This document shows, one piece after another, positions 10,152-19,807 of a stretch of 64,000 bases of DNA. The DNA is from an uncultured bacterium (lineage in GTDB: Bacteria > Patescibacteriota > Minisyncoccia > UBA6257 > 2-01-FULL-56-20). Both the position numbers and the translations under genes were made by a program. The stretch's first letter is position 1, and each line of letters opens with the position of its first letter. The notes beneath the pieces were generated by a model. It saw only the letters and a list, made by a program, of their open reading frames with translations, did no database searches and was not told the origin of the DNA. The DNA is taken from assembly GCA_963696395.1 (NCBI GenBank), contig CAVOJZ010000002.1, positions 6,433-70,432 of the forward strand, in the 5' to 3' direction.

Positions 10152-11408
10152 TTATGCTTTTGTCGATGTTGGTTTGAGCGACGTCTTATCTTTCAAAAAA
10201 ACGCGGAGGAAAAGCCTGGTCGTCGTAATGGCGCTGAACAAGCTCAACACAACACCGATAAGAAGCGTGAGCGCAAAGCCTCGTACAAAGCTTGAGGTGA
10301 AGAAATAGAGAATGAAAGCGGTGATGATGGTTGAGAAGTTGGAATCGCGAATTGACGGCCACGCCCGGCGGAATCCCTCTTCCAGCGCCGCAGCTTTGGA
10401 CAATCCCCGCTTCAGCTCTTCTTTGATGCGCTCGAAAATGAGAATGTTTGCGTCAACCGCCATACCAATCGTGAGAATGAAGCCCGCAAGGCCGGCAAGC
10501 GTCATCGTTACGCTAAAAATCTTGAAAATGCCGAGTGTAAGCGCGATATAGATGATGAGAGCCATTGCCGCGAAAAGCCCAAGAAGGCGGTAGTAAAAAA
10601 GCATAAAAAGAATGACGAGTATCGTGCCGATAATGCCCGCAAGGATCACTTTCTTTAATGAATCGGTTCCAAGGCTTGCACTGACTGTCTGCTGATTTAT
10701 CAGCTTGATCGGCGCCGGTAATGCTCCCGCATTAAATCGTCCGACAAGCTGCTGAGCGTCGGCAACCGTGAAACTCCCGCTGATAACCGCCGACCCGCCG
10801 GTGATGGCACTCTGAACCGTTGGGGCCTCGATCAATTGGTTGTCCAAAAATATCGCGAGCGGTTTGCCGACATTGGCGGCCGTAATTTCACCAAAGATTT
10901 TTGCGCCGTCAGTATTAAAATTGATCTGCACCTGCGGTTGACCGGTCGTCTGATCGAAAATAAGAGACGCTCCAGTGATGTATTGCCCGGTGAGATTTGT
11001 GTAGGTGTATTGCGTACCTGACGCAGTCTGGGCAACTTCGCGGAAATCAAGCAGTGGCGTTTGTCCTATTTGGTTAATTGCGTCACTCAAATTGCTTACG
11101 CCGGCAAGGTCAACATACAGTTGGGCCTGGTCCCCCGATTGCGAAGTATAAATATCTGGCTCGCTCACTCCGTATAAGTTAATGCGTTTTTCAATGACGT
11201 CCCGCATGCCCGAAACAACCGAACTCTGATCGGTTGACGAAACATTCGAGAGATCAATTTGATAGACCAAGTGGCTTCCGCCGACAAGATCAAGGCCGAG
11301 TTTCCATGGCATATAGCGCGCGCCGATCCATTTCGGATAAACAAAGAATCCCGCCGCGATTGCAACGAGAACGATAATGCATAAAAATAGGCCTGGGTGG
11401 CGCCTCAT
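10152..11408 (-). CDS. secD: Protein translocase subunit SecD
   Basis: 418-aa protein with N-terminal TM, periplasmic domain and C-terminal 6-TM bundle (FKIFSVTMTLAGLAGFILTIGMAVDANILIFERIKEE). Confidence 0.9.
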   Translation of the reverse strand: MRRHPGLFLCIIVLVAIAAGFFVYPKWIGARYMPWKLGLDLVGGSHLVYQIDLSNVSSTDQSSVVSGMRDVIEKRINLYGVSEPDIYTSQSGDQAQLYVDLAGVSNLSDAINQIGQTPLLDFREVAQTASGTQYTYTNLTGQYITGASLIFDQTTGQPQVQINFNTDGAKIFGEITAANVGKPLAIFLDNQLIEAPTVQSAITGGSAVISGSFTVADAQQLVGRFNAGALPAPIKLINQQTVSASLGTDSLKKVILAGIIGTILVILFMLFYYRLLGLFAAMALIIYIALTLGIFKIFSVTMTLAGLAGFILTIGMAVDANILIFERIKEELKRGLSKAAALEEGFRRAWPSIRDSNFSTIITAFILYFFTSSFVRGFALTLLIGVVLSLFSAITTTRLFLRVFLKDKTSLKPTSTKA

Positions 11409-11486
11409 TGGGAATTATGATAACAAATTGCCAGAAAAAAAGAAAGGGCTTACCATCGTAGTAGAAACCCGCCACCAAGGAGGCGT

Positions 11487-11735
11487 ATGCAAATCGTAGG
11501 AAACGGCATCAACCTGAAGAGAAGCATCGAACTTGCGTGGCCGGATAAGGGAAAAATCAAAATCGCCTGCCTCGCTGAATTGAGTAGCCAATTGACATTT
11601 CCGACGTCTCAATGCGACGAACGGTGCCATAGCCCTGCACTTCGGAGGCAATATAAGGAACATGTGGAATTCGCAATCGACACGGCAACTTCGCCAGTCG
11701 ATCTTTGCGATAAGCTCTTCCAGATCCGCATTTAA
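11487..11735 (+). CDS. Small hypothetical protein (82 aa)
   Basis: AAGGAGG sits 3 nt upstream of the ATG. The ORF is followed by a stem-loop plus T-run at 11739-11779. It lies in an otherwise 520-bp intergenic gap. Confidence 0.3.
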   Translation: MQIVGNGINLKRSIELAWPDKGKIKIACLAELSSQLTFPTSQCDERCHSPALRRQYKEHVEFAIDTATSPVDLCDKLFQIRI

Positions 11736-11738
11736 ACA

Positions 11739-11779
11739 AACGCCGCGACTTCACAACGAAGCAGCGGCGTTTTCTTTGT
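11739..11779 (+). terminator. Putative intrinsic terminator
   Basis: AACGCCGC...GCGGCGTT 8-bp stem (inner CTTC/GAAG pairing) followed by TTTTCTTTG. Confidence 0.4.
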
Positions 11780-11927
11780 GCAGGACAGGAAGCAGTGAGA
11801 TTCCTGCCAAAAGGCAAGGGCAATTCTTTTCTCCAAAAAAGGGTATGCCGGACGCGCGTAGGCGCGGAGGCGTAGGCCGTTTTCTGTAGAAAACGAGCCG
11901 ACCCTCTTTTGAAGAAAAGAATAACTT

Positions 11928-12012
11928 GGTGCGTCGGGCAGGATTCGAACCTGCGTAGCCCGTAGGCGACAGATTTACAGTCTGTTGCGATTGACCACTC
12001 CGCCACCGACGC
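11928..12012 (-). tRNA. tRNA-Tyr (anticodon GTA), long variable arm, CCA encoded
   Basis: Reverse complement GCGTCGG...cagaCTGTAAAtctg...GCAGGTTCGAATCCTGCCCGACGCACCA. The acceptor stem pairs, a T-loop GTTCGAATC is present, and the variable arm is 14 nt. Confidence 0.9.
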
Positions 12013-12055
12013 AAGAAACTATATTGTTATACAACGTTTTCCCAATTTTCGGAAG

Positions 12056-12454
12056 CTAAAGCGCTGCTCCGCCATCGTTCTGATCGGTTGCCCGTCGTCC
12101 AAACCTGCGGCGGTCATCACTGCGCCGCTCCGCGCCATCATCGGCTATTTCTTTAAAATTAATCGCAGACTTTCGCTCGTGCTCGTCTTCTTTGGCTTTC
12201 ATTTTTTGAATATGCGTACCGAGATTGTTGTCAATTTTTAAAATGGCAATTTTTATCTTCCTTAAAAATTTAAACAGGAAGCCGTTAAATGCTATATCGA
12301 TTTTTTCCGGAATCTCAGAGTGTGCCCAACGATCGAGAAGGCTGCGAGATTCATCAGCCGGCTCTTCGACGATCCGCGGCAACGCACGAACCATAAGATA
12401 GAGCACTGCGAGAAGGCAGAACATTAAAACCGTCACGAAAACAAATTCGATCAT
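12056..12454 (-). CDS. Hypothetical membrane protein
   Basis: 132-aa ORF with N-terminal TM helix (FVFVTVLMFCLLAVLYLMV). Confidence 0.45.
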   Translation of the reverse strand: MIEFVFVTVLMFCLLAVLYLMVRALPRIVEEPADESRSLLDRWAHSEIPEKIDIAFNGFLFKFLRKIKIAILKIDNNLGTHIQKMKAKEDEHERKSAINFKEIADDGAERRSDDRRRFGRRATDQNDGGAAL

Positions 12455-12461
12455 CCTACTA

Positions 12462-12917
12462 TTATACCTCGATCCGGTAGAATTGGTTCACGGTCACGTT
12501 CTCCCCAACTTTTGCGATGACTTCGTTTACAAGATCCTTGACGGTCTTGGATTCGTCTTTGATATAAGGCTGTACCAAAAGTTCTTCCATGCTTTTTGGA
12601 TCCATCGCGGAAATTTGCATCGCAATTTCATGGGCAAGTTTTTGAAACGGCTCCGAGCGGACCACGAAATCGGTCTCGGCGCGAAGTTCGATCATTACAC
12701 CGATTCGATCGTTGTGAACATACGAATGGACAAGTCCGGCGCCAGTCTCTCGGCCGGCCCGTTTTTCCACTTTTGCAATCCCCTTTTCCTGGATAATTTT
12801 TGCCGCAGCATCAATATCGCCGCCGGCCTCTATGAGAGCCTTACGGCAGTCCATAACTCCTGCGCCGGTCAATTCACGCAATTTTTGAACCGCTTCCGCG
12901 GAAATATCTTTTGCCAT
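12462..12917 (-). CDS. tsf: Elongation factor Ts (short form)
   Basis: MAKDISAEAVQKLRELTGAGVMDCRKAL is the EF-Ts UBA-like N-terminus. The ATG is at 12917. Confidence 0.85.
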   Translation of the reverse strand: MAKDISAEAVQKLRELTGAGVMDCRKALIEAGGDIDAAAKIIQEKGIAKVEKRAGRETGAGLVHSYVHNDRIGVMIELRAETDFVVRSEPFQKLAHEIAMQISAMDPKSMEELLVQPYIKDESKTVKDLVNEVIAKVGENVTVNQFYRIEV

Positions 12918-12921
12918 AATG

Positions 12922-13725
12922 TTATTTTTGCTGGGCCGGTGCCTCCGGCTTCGCGGCTTGTGCAGCCTCGGCGGCACGCGCGGCTTCTGACGCTTTCAGT
13001 TTTAATCCTGCTGCCATGGCGGATTCAACTTTGCTCAAAAACCACTCGATGCTCTTCTTCGATTTGTCGTTGCCGGGGACCAGATAATCAACTTCGTCCG
13101 GATCCGCGTCAACGTTCGCGAAAGCGACGATTGGAATTTTCTTAACGTGGGCTTCGCGGACCGCGGTTACGTGAAGCACCGGGTCAATCACCACCATGAC
13201 ATCCGGTTCGCGAACCATATTTTCCAGACCACCCATGAGTTCTTCAAGACGATGCATTTCACGCTCCATCTCGAGGCGTTCCTTCTTTGTATATTTTTCG
13301 AGCGCACCCGATGCAAAATCGGCGCGAAGCTTCTTCAAGTGGTCCACCCGCTTTCCGATAATCTTGAAATTGGTGATTGCTCCTCCGACCCAGCGGAACG
13401 ATACGTAGGGCGCGTTAAATTTTTTGGCAAGTTCCACAACCCCTCCTTCAGCTGCCGGCATTGTACCGACAAGAAGGATGAGTCCCCCGGTTCGCACTTT
13501 TTCAGTGATGAACGCAGTAGCAATATCGAGCATTTCCGATGTCTTTTGGAGATTCACAATCTCAATTCCCCCTCGATTCGCAAGGACAAATTGGCGCATC
13601 TTTGGATTCGTTTTGCTTTTCTTGCGGCCATAAAAAACTCCCGCATCCATCATCTCGCGGGATCCTTCGGCCGGATACGTGGCGTCTTGCGCATTCGCGC
13701 TTGGGACAATTACATCGTTTGACAT
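12922..13725 (-). CDS. rpsB: 30S ribosomal protein S2 (start uncertain; may be further downstream)
   Basis: MMDAGVFYGRKKSKTNPKMRQFV...GIEIVNLQKT matches the S2 N-terminal region. Classic rpsB-tsf order. Confidence 0.9.
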   Translation of the reverse strand: MSNDVIVPSANAQDATYPAEGSREMMDAGVFYGRKKSKTNPKMRQFVLANRGGIEIVNLQKTSEMLDIATAFITEKVRTGGLILLVGTMPAAEGGVVELAKKFNAPYVSFRWVGGAITNFKIIGKRVDHLKKLRADFASGALEKYTKKERLEMEREMHRLEELMGGLENMVREPDVMVVIDPVLHVTAVREAHVKKIPIVAFANVDADPDEVDYLVPGNDKSKKSIEWFLSKVESAMAAGLKLKASEAARAAEAAQAAKPEAPAQQK

Positions 13726-13803
13726 AGGTTTGATACGAGAAGAAGTATAGCAAACCCCTTGAAAGCTTTCAAGGGGGCGCAGCCGGGCGGCGAAACGCCC
13801 GTT

Positions 13804-14853
13804 TTAAAATGTTCTCGAGAGGAAAAAGATGACGAGCCCGAGCGCACAAAAGATTGCCGAAATGATCCAAAAACGCATGGTAACCTGTGATTCGGGCCAA
13901 CCCAACGCCTCGAAATGATGGTGTATCGGCGTTGAGCGGAATATTTTTTTCCCGTGCCGAAGCTTCTTTGAGATAACCTGAATAATCACCGATAACGATT
14001 CAACGACGAGAATAAACGCGAAAAATGGCAATATGAGCGTTGTGTTTGTGAGCATGGCAATGACCCCGATCGTGACGCCAAGCGACATGGCTCCGGTATC
14101 CCCCATGAAAAATTTCGCCGGATAGATGTTGTACCACAGGAACGCGAGCAAAGCCCCGATCATCGCCCCGCCGAATGCGGCGAGGTTATAACGGTGCAGG
14201 ACAAACGCGACTGTTGTGAGCGCGACGAAAGCAAAAAGCGAAACGCCGCCGAGCAGGCCATCGAGGCCGTCGGTTTCGTTCGCCGAAAACGCGCTCGCAA
14301 AAATAATGAAAATGAAGATTGGGATATACCACCAGCCGATCGTCACGTTGCCTACGAATGGAATATTAAGCACATCCCATTGCAAGCGGAAATAAAACCA
14401 CCAGGCTCCGACGGCGGCCATAATAAAATATAAAACTGACTTTTGGCGTATCTTGAGTCCTCCGCCATTCGCACCGCCGAGCTTCAAAACGCCCAACCAG
14501 TCATCCACGAAACCGAGTATCGCCGCGCCGGCGAGGGCCACAAGCGGCAGATACGTTTCCGCGCGGTCAACAAAATTGAAATAATGCCACATTCCGGCAA
14601 AGAGATGATTCAGGATGTCGAAAACGATGGCCATGCCCAATACGGTGGACCAGATGATAATGCCGCCACCGGTCGGCGTGCCGATTTTATTCTTATGCAA
14701 ATTATGAAAAACCGGTGTCACCGAATCGTCGCGGAGCTGTTTGCCGAAATTATGTTTTTTGAGGAACCTGAACCAAAACGGCGTCACAAAGAGAGCGACC
14801 AAGAAAGCAACGCTCGCAACAATTGTTACCCGGATGGTTTCGGCGATGAGCAT
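13804..14853 (-). CDS. mraY: Phospho-N-acetylmuramoyl-pentapeptide transferase MraY
   Basis: 349-aa polytopic membrane protein with MraY-type motifs (NLHKNKIGTPTGGGIII, DGLDGL). Confidence 0.9.
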   Translation of the reverse strand: MLIAETIRVTIVASVAFLVALFVTPFWFRFLKKHNFGKQLRDDSVTPVFHNLHKNKIGTPTGGGIIIWSTVLGMAIVFDILNHLFAGMWHYFNFVDRAETYLPLVALAGAAILGFVDDWLGVLKLGGANGGGLKIRQKSVLYFIMAAVGAWWFYFRLQWDVLNIPFVGNVTIGWWYIPIFIFIIFASAFSANETDGLDGLLGGVSLFAFVALTTVAFVLHRYNLAAFGGAMIGALLAFLWYNIYPAKFFMGDTGAMSLGVTIGVIAMLTNTTLILPFFAFILVVESLSVIIQVISKKLRHGKKIFRSTPIHHHFEALGWPESQVTMRFWIISAIFCALGLVIFFLSRTF

Positions 14854-14855
14854 GG

Positions 14856-15896
14856 CTATTTATAGTTTTGCTTTACCCAATTAAAAAGCTTCGTCGAATC
14901 GCCGAAACGATCGTCGGTTCCGAGCACCAGGATAAAAAGCGGATGGCCGGTGTAATTTAACACCGTCAATAAATTTCCACTTGCCTCATCGGTATGCCCC
15001 GTCTTGCCGCCGATGAAATCGGGCGCACCGGAAAAATTATCGATACTATTCACCGGCACTGTTTGATGGTCGGCCAGATTCGTAATAACAACGTGCGGAA
15101 CGCGGGTGATGGCAAAGATCTGTGGGTAATTGTTATAAATTTCCTGAGTGAGGATCAGCAGGTCGTGAGCGGTTGATTCGTTCGCGGACGAAAGTCCGGA
15201 TGGATCGTCATAATAGGTGTTCGACATCCCCCACTGGGCGGCTTTGGCATTCATGAGCGCCAGAAATTGAGTGCGGCCATAGGCCGTTGCAAGCGCCTCT
15301 GCGGCAACATTGCTTGATGGAAGCAATAAAACCCGAAGCAAATCGCTCACGGTATACGTTCCGCCGATTTGGAGACTGAATTCCTGAGGATCCACCGCAA
15401 ACATCTGCGGAGTGATGCTCACGGTTTGGTTCATCGGAAGATTGTCGAAAACGATCGCCGCCGTCATAAGCTTGGTGAGCGATGCCATTGGCCACCGGGC
15501 ATTCATATTAAGCGAGATCAATGGTTCTCCGCTCGTAAGGTCTGCGACAAGCGCGGCGGCATCTGAAAGTTGCGGAGGGTTAGTGTCGGCGGTTTTTGAA
15601 AAATCCTGCGTGGAATCGCTGATGGCGTAGCCAATTGCACCATTTTTAACGACGACTGGGTCGCTCACCACCGGCGACAAAGGATCGGTCTCGGCGGACA
15701 CGGAAGTTTCGGTTGTTGTGGCTATAACGGGAAGAATAAGGATGGGCTGCTGGCCGACGGCTTTTGCCCCGACCGTCTGAGCTTCGTTTGCAGACAGGCT
15801 CGGAAGAATCAAAAAGTTTGGATACGACGCGCGTGAAAAAAGCACGACTCCGATAATCACAAATAAGAAAATAAATTTAAGCGTGCTGTTGCTCAT
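14856..15896 (-). CDS. D-alanyl-D-alanine carboxypeptidase (S11 PBP5-like)
   Basis: Signal/TM N-terminus. SxxK motif MASLTK. LLPSSN (SxN-like). Confidence 0.85.
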   Translation of the reverse strand: MSNSTLKFIFLFVIIGVVLFSRASYPNFLILPSLSANEAQTVGAKAVGQQPILILPVIATTTETSVSAETDPLSPVVSDPVVVKNGAIGYAISDSTQDFSKTADTNPPQLSDAAALVADLTSGEPLISLNMNARWPMASLTKLMTAAIVFDNLPMNQTVSITPQMFAVDPQEFSLQIGGTYTVSDLLRVLLLPSSNVAAEALATAYGRTQFLALMNAKAAQWGMSNTYYDDPSGLSSANESTAHDLLILTQEIYNNYPQIFAITRVPHVVITNLADHQTVPVNSIDNFSGAPDFIGGKTGHTDEASGNLLTVLNYTGHPLFILVLGTDDRFGDSTKLFNWVKQNYK

Positions 15897-16428
15897 CGAA
15901 AACTTTTAATAGCTCCTGGAATTTCTCGAATTCCGGGAGGTCTTTTTTGTCGGTTATCCCGAGGTGCTTCATAAGGTCAAAAGTTGTTTGATATAAAAAT
16001 CCCGAAGGATGAGCCGGATCCGGAAACCGCTCAACCATGCCACGGATCATGAGGCTTCGTAAAATGACGATTGAATTCACGCCGCGAAGATATTCGAGTC
16101 GTGCGCGGGAAATTGGACCGAGGTAAGCGACAATCGAAAGCGCTTCAAGACTGGCGGGCGTCAGGTCCTCGGTGATTTCCTCTTTCACGAAATCTTCCAG
16201 GATCGCGTTGAAATCCGGTTTCGTGGTAAGTTGGGCTTTTTCGCGATCCGCGATGAGCTGCAGTCCACGCCCCGAAGCGGCGAGTGTCCGCTTATATCCT
16301 TCGATAACCTGTTCAAGCTCGTCGGGCGGAATACCAAGCACTGTCCCGATTTTTTTATACGACAACGGCTCTCCATGAATGAAAAGCAACGCTTCAAGAG
16401 ACGCCTGCTTGTTTTCGAGGTTTTCCAT
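15877..16428 (-). CDS. scpB: Segregation and condensation protein B
   Basis: LEALLFIHGEPLSYKKIGTVLGIP is the typical ScpB N-terminal wHTH. Adjacent to scpA. Confidence 0.85.
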   Translation of the reverse strand: MENLENKQASLEALLFIHGEPLSYKKIGTVLGIPPDELEQVIEGYKRTLAASGRGLQLIADREKAQLTTKPDFNAILEDFVKEEITEDLTPASLEALSIVAYLGPISRARLEYLRGVNSIVILRSLMIRGMVERFPDPAHPSGFLYQTTFDLMKHLGITDKKDLPEFEKFQELLKVFDEQQHA

Positions 16429-16429
16429 A

Positions 16430-17191
16430 TTATTCAGAGTTCCGCTTCTTGACCATTATATCAGAAAAATTTTCCATTTGCTCTAGTAAAACGAGCTGTT
16501 CGCGGGCGAGATGAAGGATCGCCAGAAAAATGACTATCATTTCCGATCGGGATTTTTCGCTCGACAAATTTTTGAAATGGGCCTCCCCTTCCTGCTGAAC
16601 CCTGCCCAGAACCTCGCTGATCTTTTCCTCGAGCGTAACGATTTTTTCTTTAATGGTCTCTGTCTCGAGTTCGTATGTTTTTATGGTTTCAAAGATCTGT
16701 CCGAGCGCTTCCGCAAGGCGATCAGCCGAAGTTGTGCTCCCCGGATAAAAAACCGATTGCCCCGGCGCAAGTCCGGAACCTTTTCCCAGAAAATATGGCC
16801 GGCTGAATGCTTTGTGGCTTTCGTGCCACAGATGATTAATATGGCGAAGCGCCGGCTTCAGTTGTTGATAAATTTTGAGATGGCCCTCGAGATCCTTAAT
16901 GCTCGCTTCTTCCTCGTCGGTCAATACGAGACCCGGCAATAGATATTTTGATTTAAGGAAAATGAGCCGACTCGCAACAGAAATGAAATCGGCAAGAACG
17001 CGAAGGTCAATGCGGAACCGTTCTTCGGTTGCAAAACCGCCGTCGTGCTTAAATGCTTCGAGATATTTCAAAAATCCGTCGGTAACCTTGGTAAGGCTCA
17101 CTTCGCTCACGTCAAGCTTTTGTTCCTCGATAAGCTCCAGCAGTTTTTCGAGCGGGCCGTTCCAGGTGCCGACCTGTGTTTGGTATTCCAT
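16430..17191 (-). CDS. scpA: Segregation and condensation protein A
   Basis: 253-aa kleisin-like ORF upstream of scpB. Confidence 0.8.
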   Translation of the reverse strand: MEYQTQVGTWNGPLEKLLELIEEQKLDVSEVSLTKVTDGFLKYLEAFKHDGGFATEERFRIDLRVLADFISVASRLIFLKSKYLLPGLVLTDEEEASIKDLEGHLKIYQQLKPALRHINHLWHESHKAFSRPYFLGKGSGLAPGQSVFYPGSTTSADRLAEALGQIFETIKTYELETETIKEKIVTLEEKISEVLGRVQQEGEAHFKNLSSEKSRSEMIVIFLAILHLAREQLVLLEQMENFSDIMVKKRNSE

Positions 17192-17243
17192 GGGTTATCA
17201 CTATAATACCGCAACGAAAGCGGTTGCGGTATACTTGAGGCAT

Positions 17244-18347
17244 ATGCCCCAGGCACTTTACCGAAAATACCGCCCGAAAAATTTCGCCGAACTTTTGGGG
17301 CAGGAAACGAACGTCGAGATTTTGAAAAATGCCGCGAAATCAGGACGCATCGGACAGGCGTATATTTTTTACGGACCCCGGGGAACGGGAAAAACCACAA
17401 CCGCCCGGCTTATTGCGAAACTGCTCAACTGCGAGAAGCGTCGGACGGATGAGGCTTTTGCAAAGCTTGGGGAACCATGCAATGTATGCAATGAATGCCT
17501 TTCGATCGATGCACAAACCTCGTTCGATGTCATCGAAATCGACGCCGCTTCCAACCGTGGCATCGATGAAATCAGGAACCTGAAAGAAAGCATCCAAACA
17601 TCGCCGACGTCAGCCGCTCACAAGGTTTACATTATTGACGAAGCGCACATGCTCACGGGAGCCGCGTTCAACGCGCTTTTAAAAACCCTCGAAGAGCCGC
17701 CTCGACATGCGGCAATCATCCTTGCCACCACAGAATTCGAAAAGCTTCCGCCAACGATCACTTCCCGCGCGCAGCGCTTCATTTTCAACCGACCCGACAA
17801 GACGACGATCATCGGCAAAATAGCCGACGTGGCAAAAAAGGAAAAAATTAAAATCGACGGACCGGCGCTGGAATTGATCGCCGCCGCAAGCGAAGGCAGT
17901 TTTCGTGACGCCATTTCCCTGCTCGACCAGATTGCGTCACTCACCCAATCAATAACGCTTGCCGATGCGGAGCGTATCACCGGTCGAACCGGAATAAAAA
18001 AAGTTCACGCTCTTGCGAGTCTTATCGTTAAAAAAGACTTGCCAGGAGCACTCGCTTATCTTGCGGAACTAAGCGACGACGGACACAATCTTGTGCAATT
18101 TACCAAAGATCTTATCCACTATCTACGGAAAGTTCTCGCTCTCCGAATCAACCCAACGCTCGAAAAGGTAATGGAAAAAGACCTGACTGCCGAAGAACTT
18201 GCAGGTGCAAAAAAGCTCGGCGCCGACGCCGACCCAAAACTTTTGGTCACCATTTTAAAAGCGCTCATCCGTGCCTATTCGGAAATGCGGTATTCACCGT
18301 TTGCCGCCGTGCCACTCGAGGTCATGCTTATTGAATACTTATCATGA
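17244..18347 (+). CDS. dnaX: DNA polymerase III subunit gamma/tau (short form)
   Basis: LYRKYRPKNFAELLGQE...YIFYGPRGTGKTTTARLIAKLLNCE...IIDEAHML matches the clamp-loader AAA+ module. ATG at 17244. Confidence 0.85.
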   Translation: MPQALYRKYRPKNFAELLGQETNVEILKNAAKSGRIGQAYIFYGPRGTGKTTTARLIAKLLNCEKRRTDEAFAKLGEPCNVCNECLSIDAQTSFDVIEIDAASNRGIDEIRNLKESIQTSPTSAAHKVYIIDEAHMLTGAAFNALLKTLEEPPRHAAIILATTEFEKLPPTITSRAQRFIFNRPDKTTIIGKIADVAKKEKIKIDGPALELIAAASEGSFRDAISLLDQIASLTQSITLADAERITGRTGIKKVHALASLIVKKDLPGALAYLAELSDDGHNLVQFTKDLIHYLRKVLALRINPTLEKVMEKDLTAEELAGAKKLGADADPKLLVTILKALIRAYSEMRYSPFAAVPLEVMLIEYLS

Positions 18348-19342
18348 GATCATTTCTCGCGAAGCATCAATATCTCGTCATCTGGATCGCCAGCATCATT
18401 ATCATTGGCGCTCTCCTGATTCTTGTCGTCCAGTTGAACAGTTCGTTCCTACCGACTATCTCGTCCTTGAGTCAGCCTTCGGCGCCCGCTCAATCAGCTC
18501 CGGCCACTCCACCGCAGCCAAGCGTGACACTTACGATTCAAAAGAATGGAAAACAAAACACGCTCATGATCCAGTGGCAGAACCTGCCAAATGGCACAAC
18601 GGAACTGTATATCTTCCGCGGGAAGGGAAATAACACGAGCACATGGGAACTTTGGAAAACTTTGATGCTCGGAGAAGGACAATTCACAAATGGTAGTGCC
18701 CAATTCACTCTCGGAAGTGGCGATTTAGGCTATGGATATTACGTGCAAGCCGCGGGAGGCTATGAAAACAGCACCGGCACACAAATTCTGTGGCAAAGCG
18801 GATCCGGCGACCCGGGCAGTGGTGATAATGGCGGAGGCAATGGTGGCAACCAGGGTGGAAACGGAAACGAAGGTGGGAACAGTTCTTCCTCGCAAGGAGC
18901 CCCGGGCGGTGATTCCACAAGCACCGGGAGCGGCAATGGCGACGGACAGGGATCCGGCGGAAATGGGAACGGGGGTGGGAGCGGTGGGGGCAATAGTTCC
19001 GGCTCGAATGGAAATCCCTACTACAATCCACAAATACAGATAACGGGCTATGGCACCGCGAACGGAAGCTTCTGGGTTCAGCACGTTAACCAGAGTATCG
19101 AAATAGGATGGCAAGATCTGCCCGAAGGCATCGATACAATCGTCGTTTCCCGCTCCGAGCAGCAGGCCGGGCCATGGGATCAGATCCTTTCGCAAAAAAA
19201 CCCGAGCCAAAGCGGATCGTATTCCCTGCAGCTGGTTGATGGCACGCTCGGCGATCCTTACTATTACGAAATGACAGCACTCGAAGGAACGACAACCATC
19301 GGCACCTACGGACCAATCTATCTTCCGCCCACCGGACAATAA
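18344..19342 (+). CDS. Secreted/membrane-anchored hypothetical protein with Gly/Asn/Ser-rich low-complexity core
   Basis: N-terminal TM (YLVIWIASIIIIGALLILVV). Central GGGNGGNQGGNGNEGGN...GSGGNGNGGGSGGGN tract. Confidence 0.55.
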   Translation: MRSFLAKHQYLVIWIASIIIIGALLILVVQLNSSFLPTISSLSQPSAPAQSAPATPPQPSVTLTIQKNGKQNTLMIQWQNLPNGTTELYIFRGKGNNTSTWELWKTLMLGEGQFTNGSAQFTLGSGDLGYGYYVQAAGGYENSTGTQILWQSGSGDPGSGDNGGGNGGNQGGNGNEGGNSSSSQGAPGGDSTSTGSGNGDGQGSGGNGNGGGSGGGNSSGSNGNPYYNPQIQITGYGTANGSFWVQHVNQSIEIGWQDLPEGIDTIVVSRSEQQAGPWDQILSQKNPSQSGSYSLQLVDGTLGDPYYYEMTALEGTTTIGTYGPIYLPPTGQ

Positions 19343-19792
19343 CTAACGGGTATACGTGATGGTCTTATTCAATTCTGCATTTAGCGCTGATAACGTCACG
19401 CTCCCTGACGCATTTATGATAATCGAATAATCAGTATTGTAATCGGTCGGTGAATTATAATACGAGCTTGTTGCCGATGGATCAAACGGCATGGCGAAAA
19501 GGCCGTCATTTGGGATGAGGCACGGCGCAATATTATAACTGCCGGAGGCACTTCCCATATTTTTCGTGGACGTCGGGATGCCGCCGGAGGCACAGACAAA
19601 CTGACTTGTGCCGCCTTCAAAAATATTTTCCCGGATGCCGAGCATAATGTTTTGGAGATCGACCATACGGCGGCTGTTTCTCGCGGAGGCAAGTTGTCCG
19701 GCCGGGTTTGCAACAAGAAAATAAATACCGACAAGTATCGCAATGAGTGCAACGACAATCACGATCTCGATAAGCGTTAAACCTTTGCGCAT
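19343..19792 (-). CDS. Type IV pilin (prepilin-type N-terminal cleavage/methylation domain)
   Basis: MRKGLTLIEIVIVVALIAIL is a class III signal peptide with G-L-T-L-I-E. Confidence 0.7.
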   Translation of the reverse strand: MRKGLTLIEIVIVVALIAILVGIYFLVANPAGQLASARNSRRMVDLQNIMLGIRENIFEGGTSQFVCASGGIPTSTKNMGSASGSYNIAPCLIPNDGLFAMPFDPSATSSYYNSPTDYNTDYSIIINASGSVTLSALNAELNKTITYTR

Positions 19793-19807
19793 ATGTTTAT
19801 TCTAGCA

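Noticed and set aside
11797-11812. 14-mer agcagtgagattcc shared with 26624-26637 (next to the att-like repeat)
   Set aside because: Roughly 8-15 exact 14-mer repeats are expected by chance in 64 kb. No extended similarity exists on either side.
11557-12014. Minus-strand ORFs 11557..12006 and 11751..12014
   Set aside because: They overlap the well-supported tRNA-Tyr gene and its flanking hairpins.
18705-19339. Several ORFs antisense to the Gly/Asn-rich protein gene (18725..19339 -, 18760..18993 -, 18732..19043 +)
   Set aside because: They are artefacts of the repetitive GGN-rich coding tract. The sense ORF has a TM N-terminus and a clean start after dnaX.
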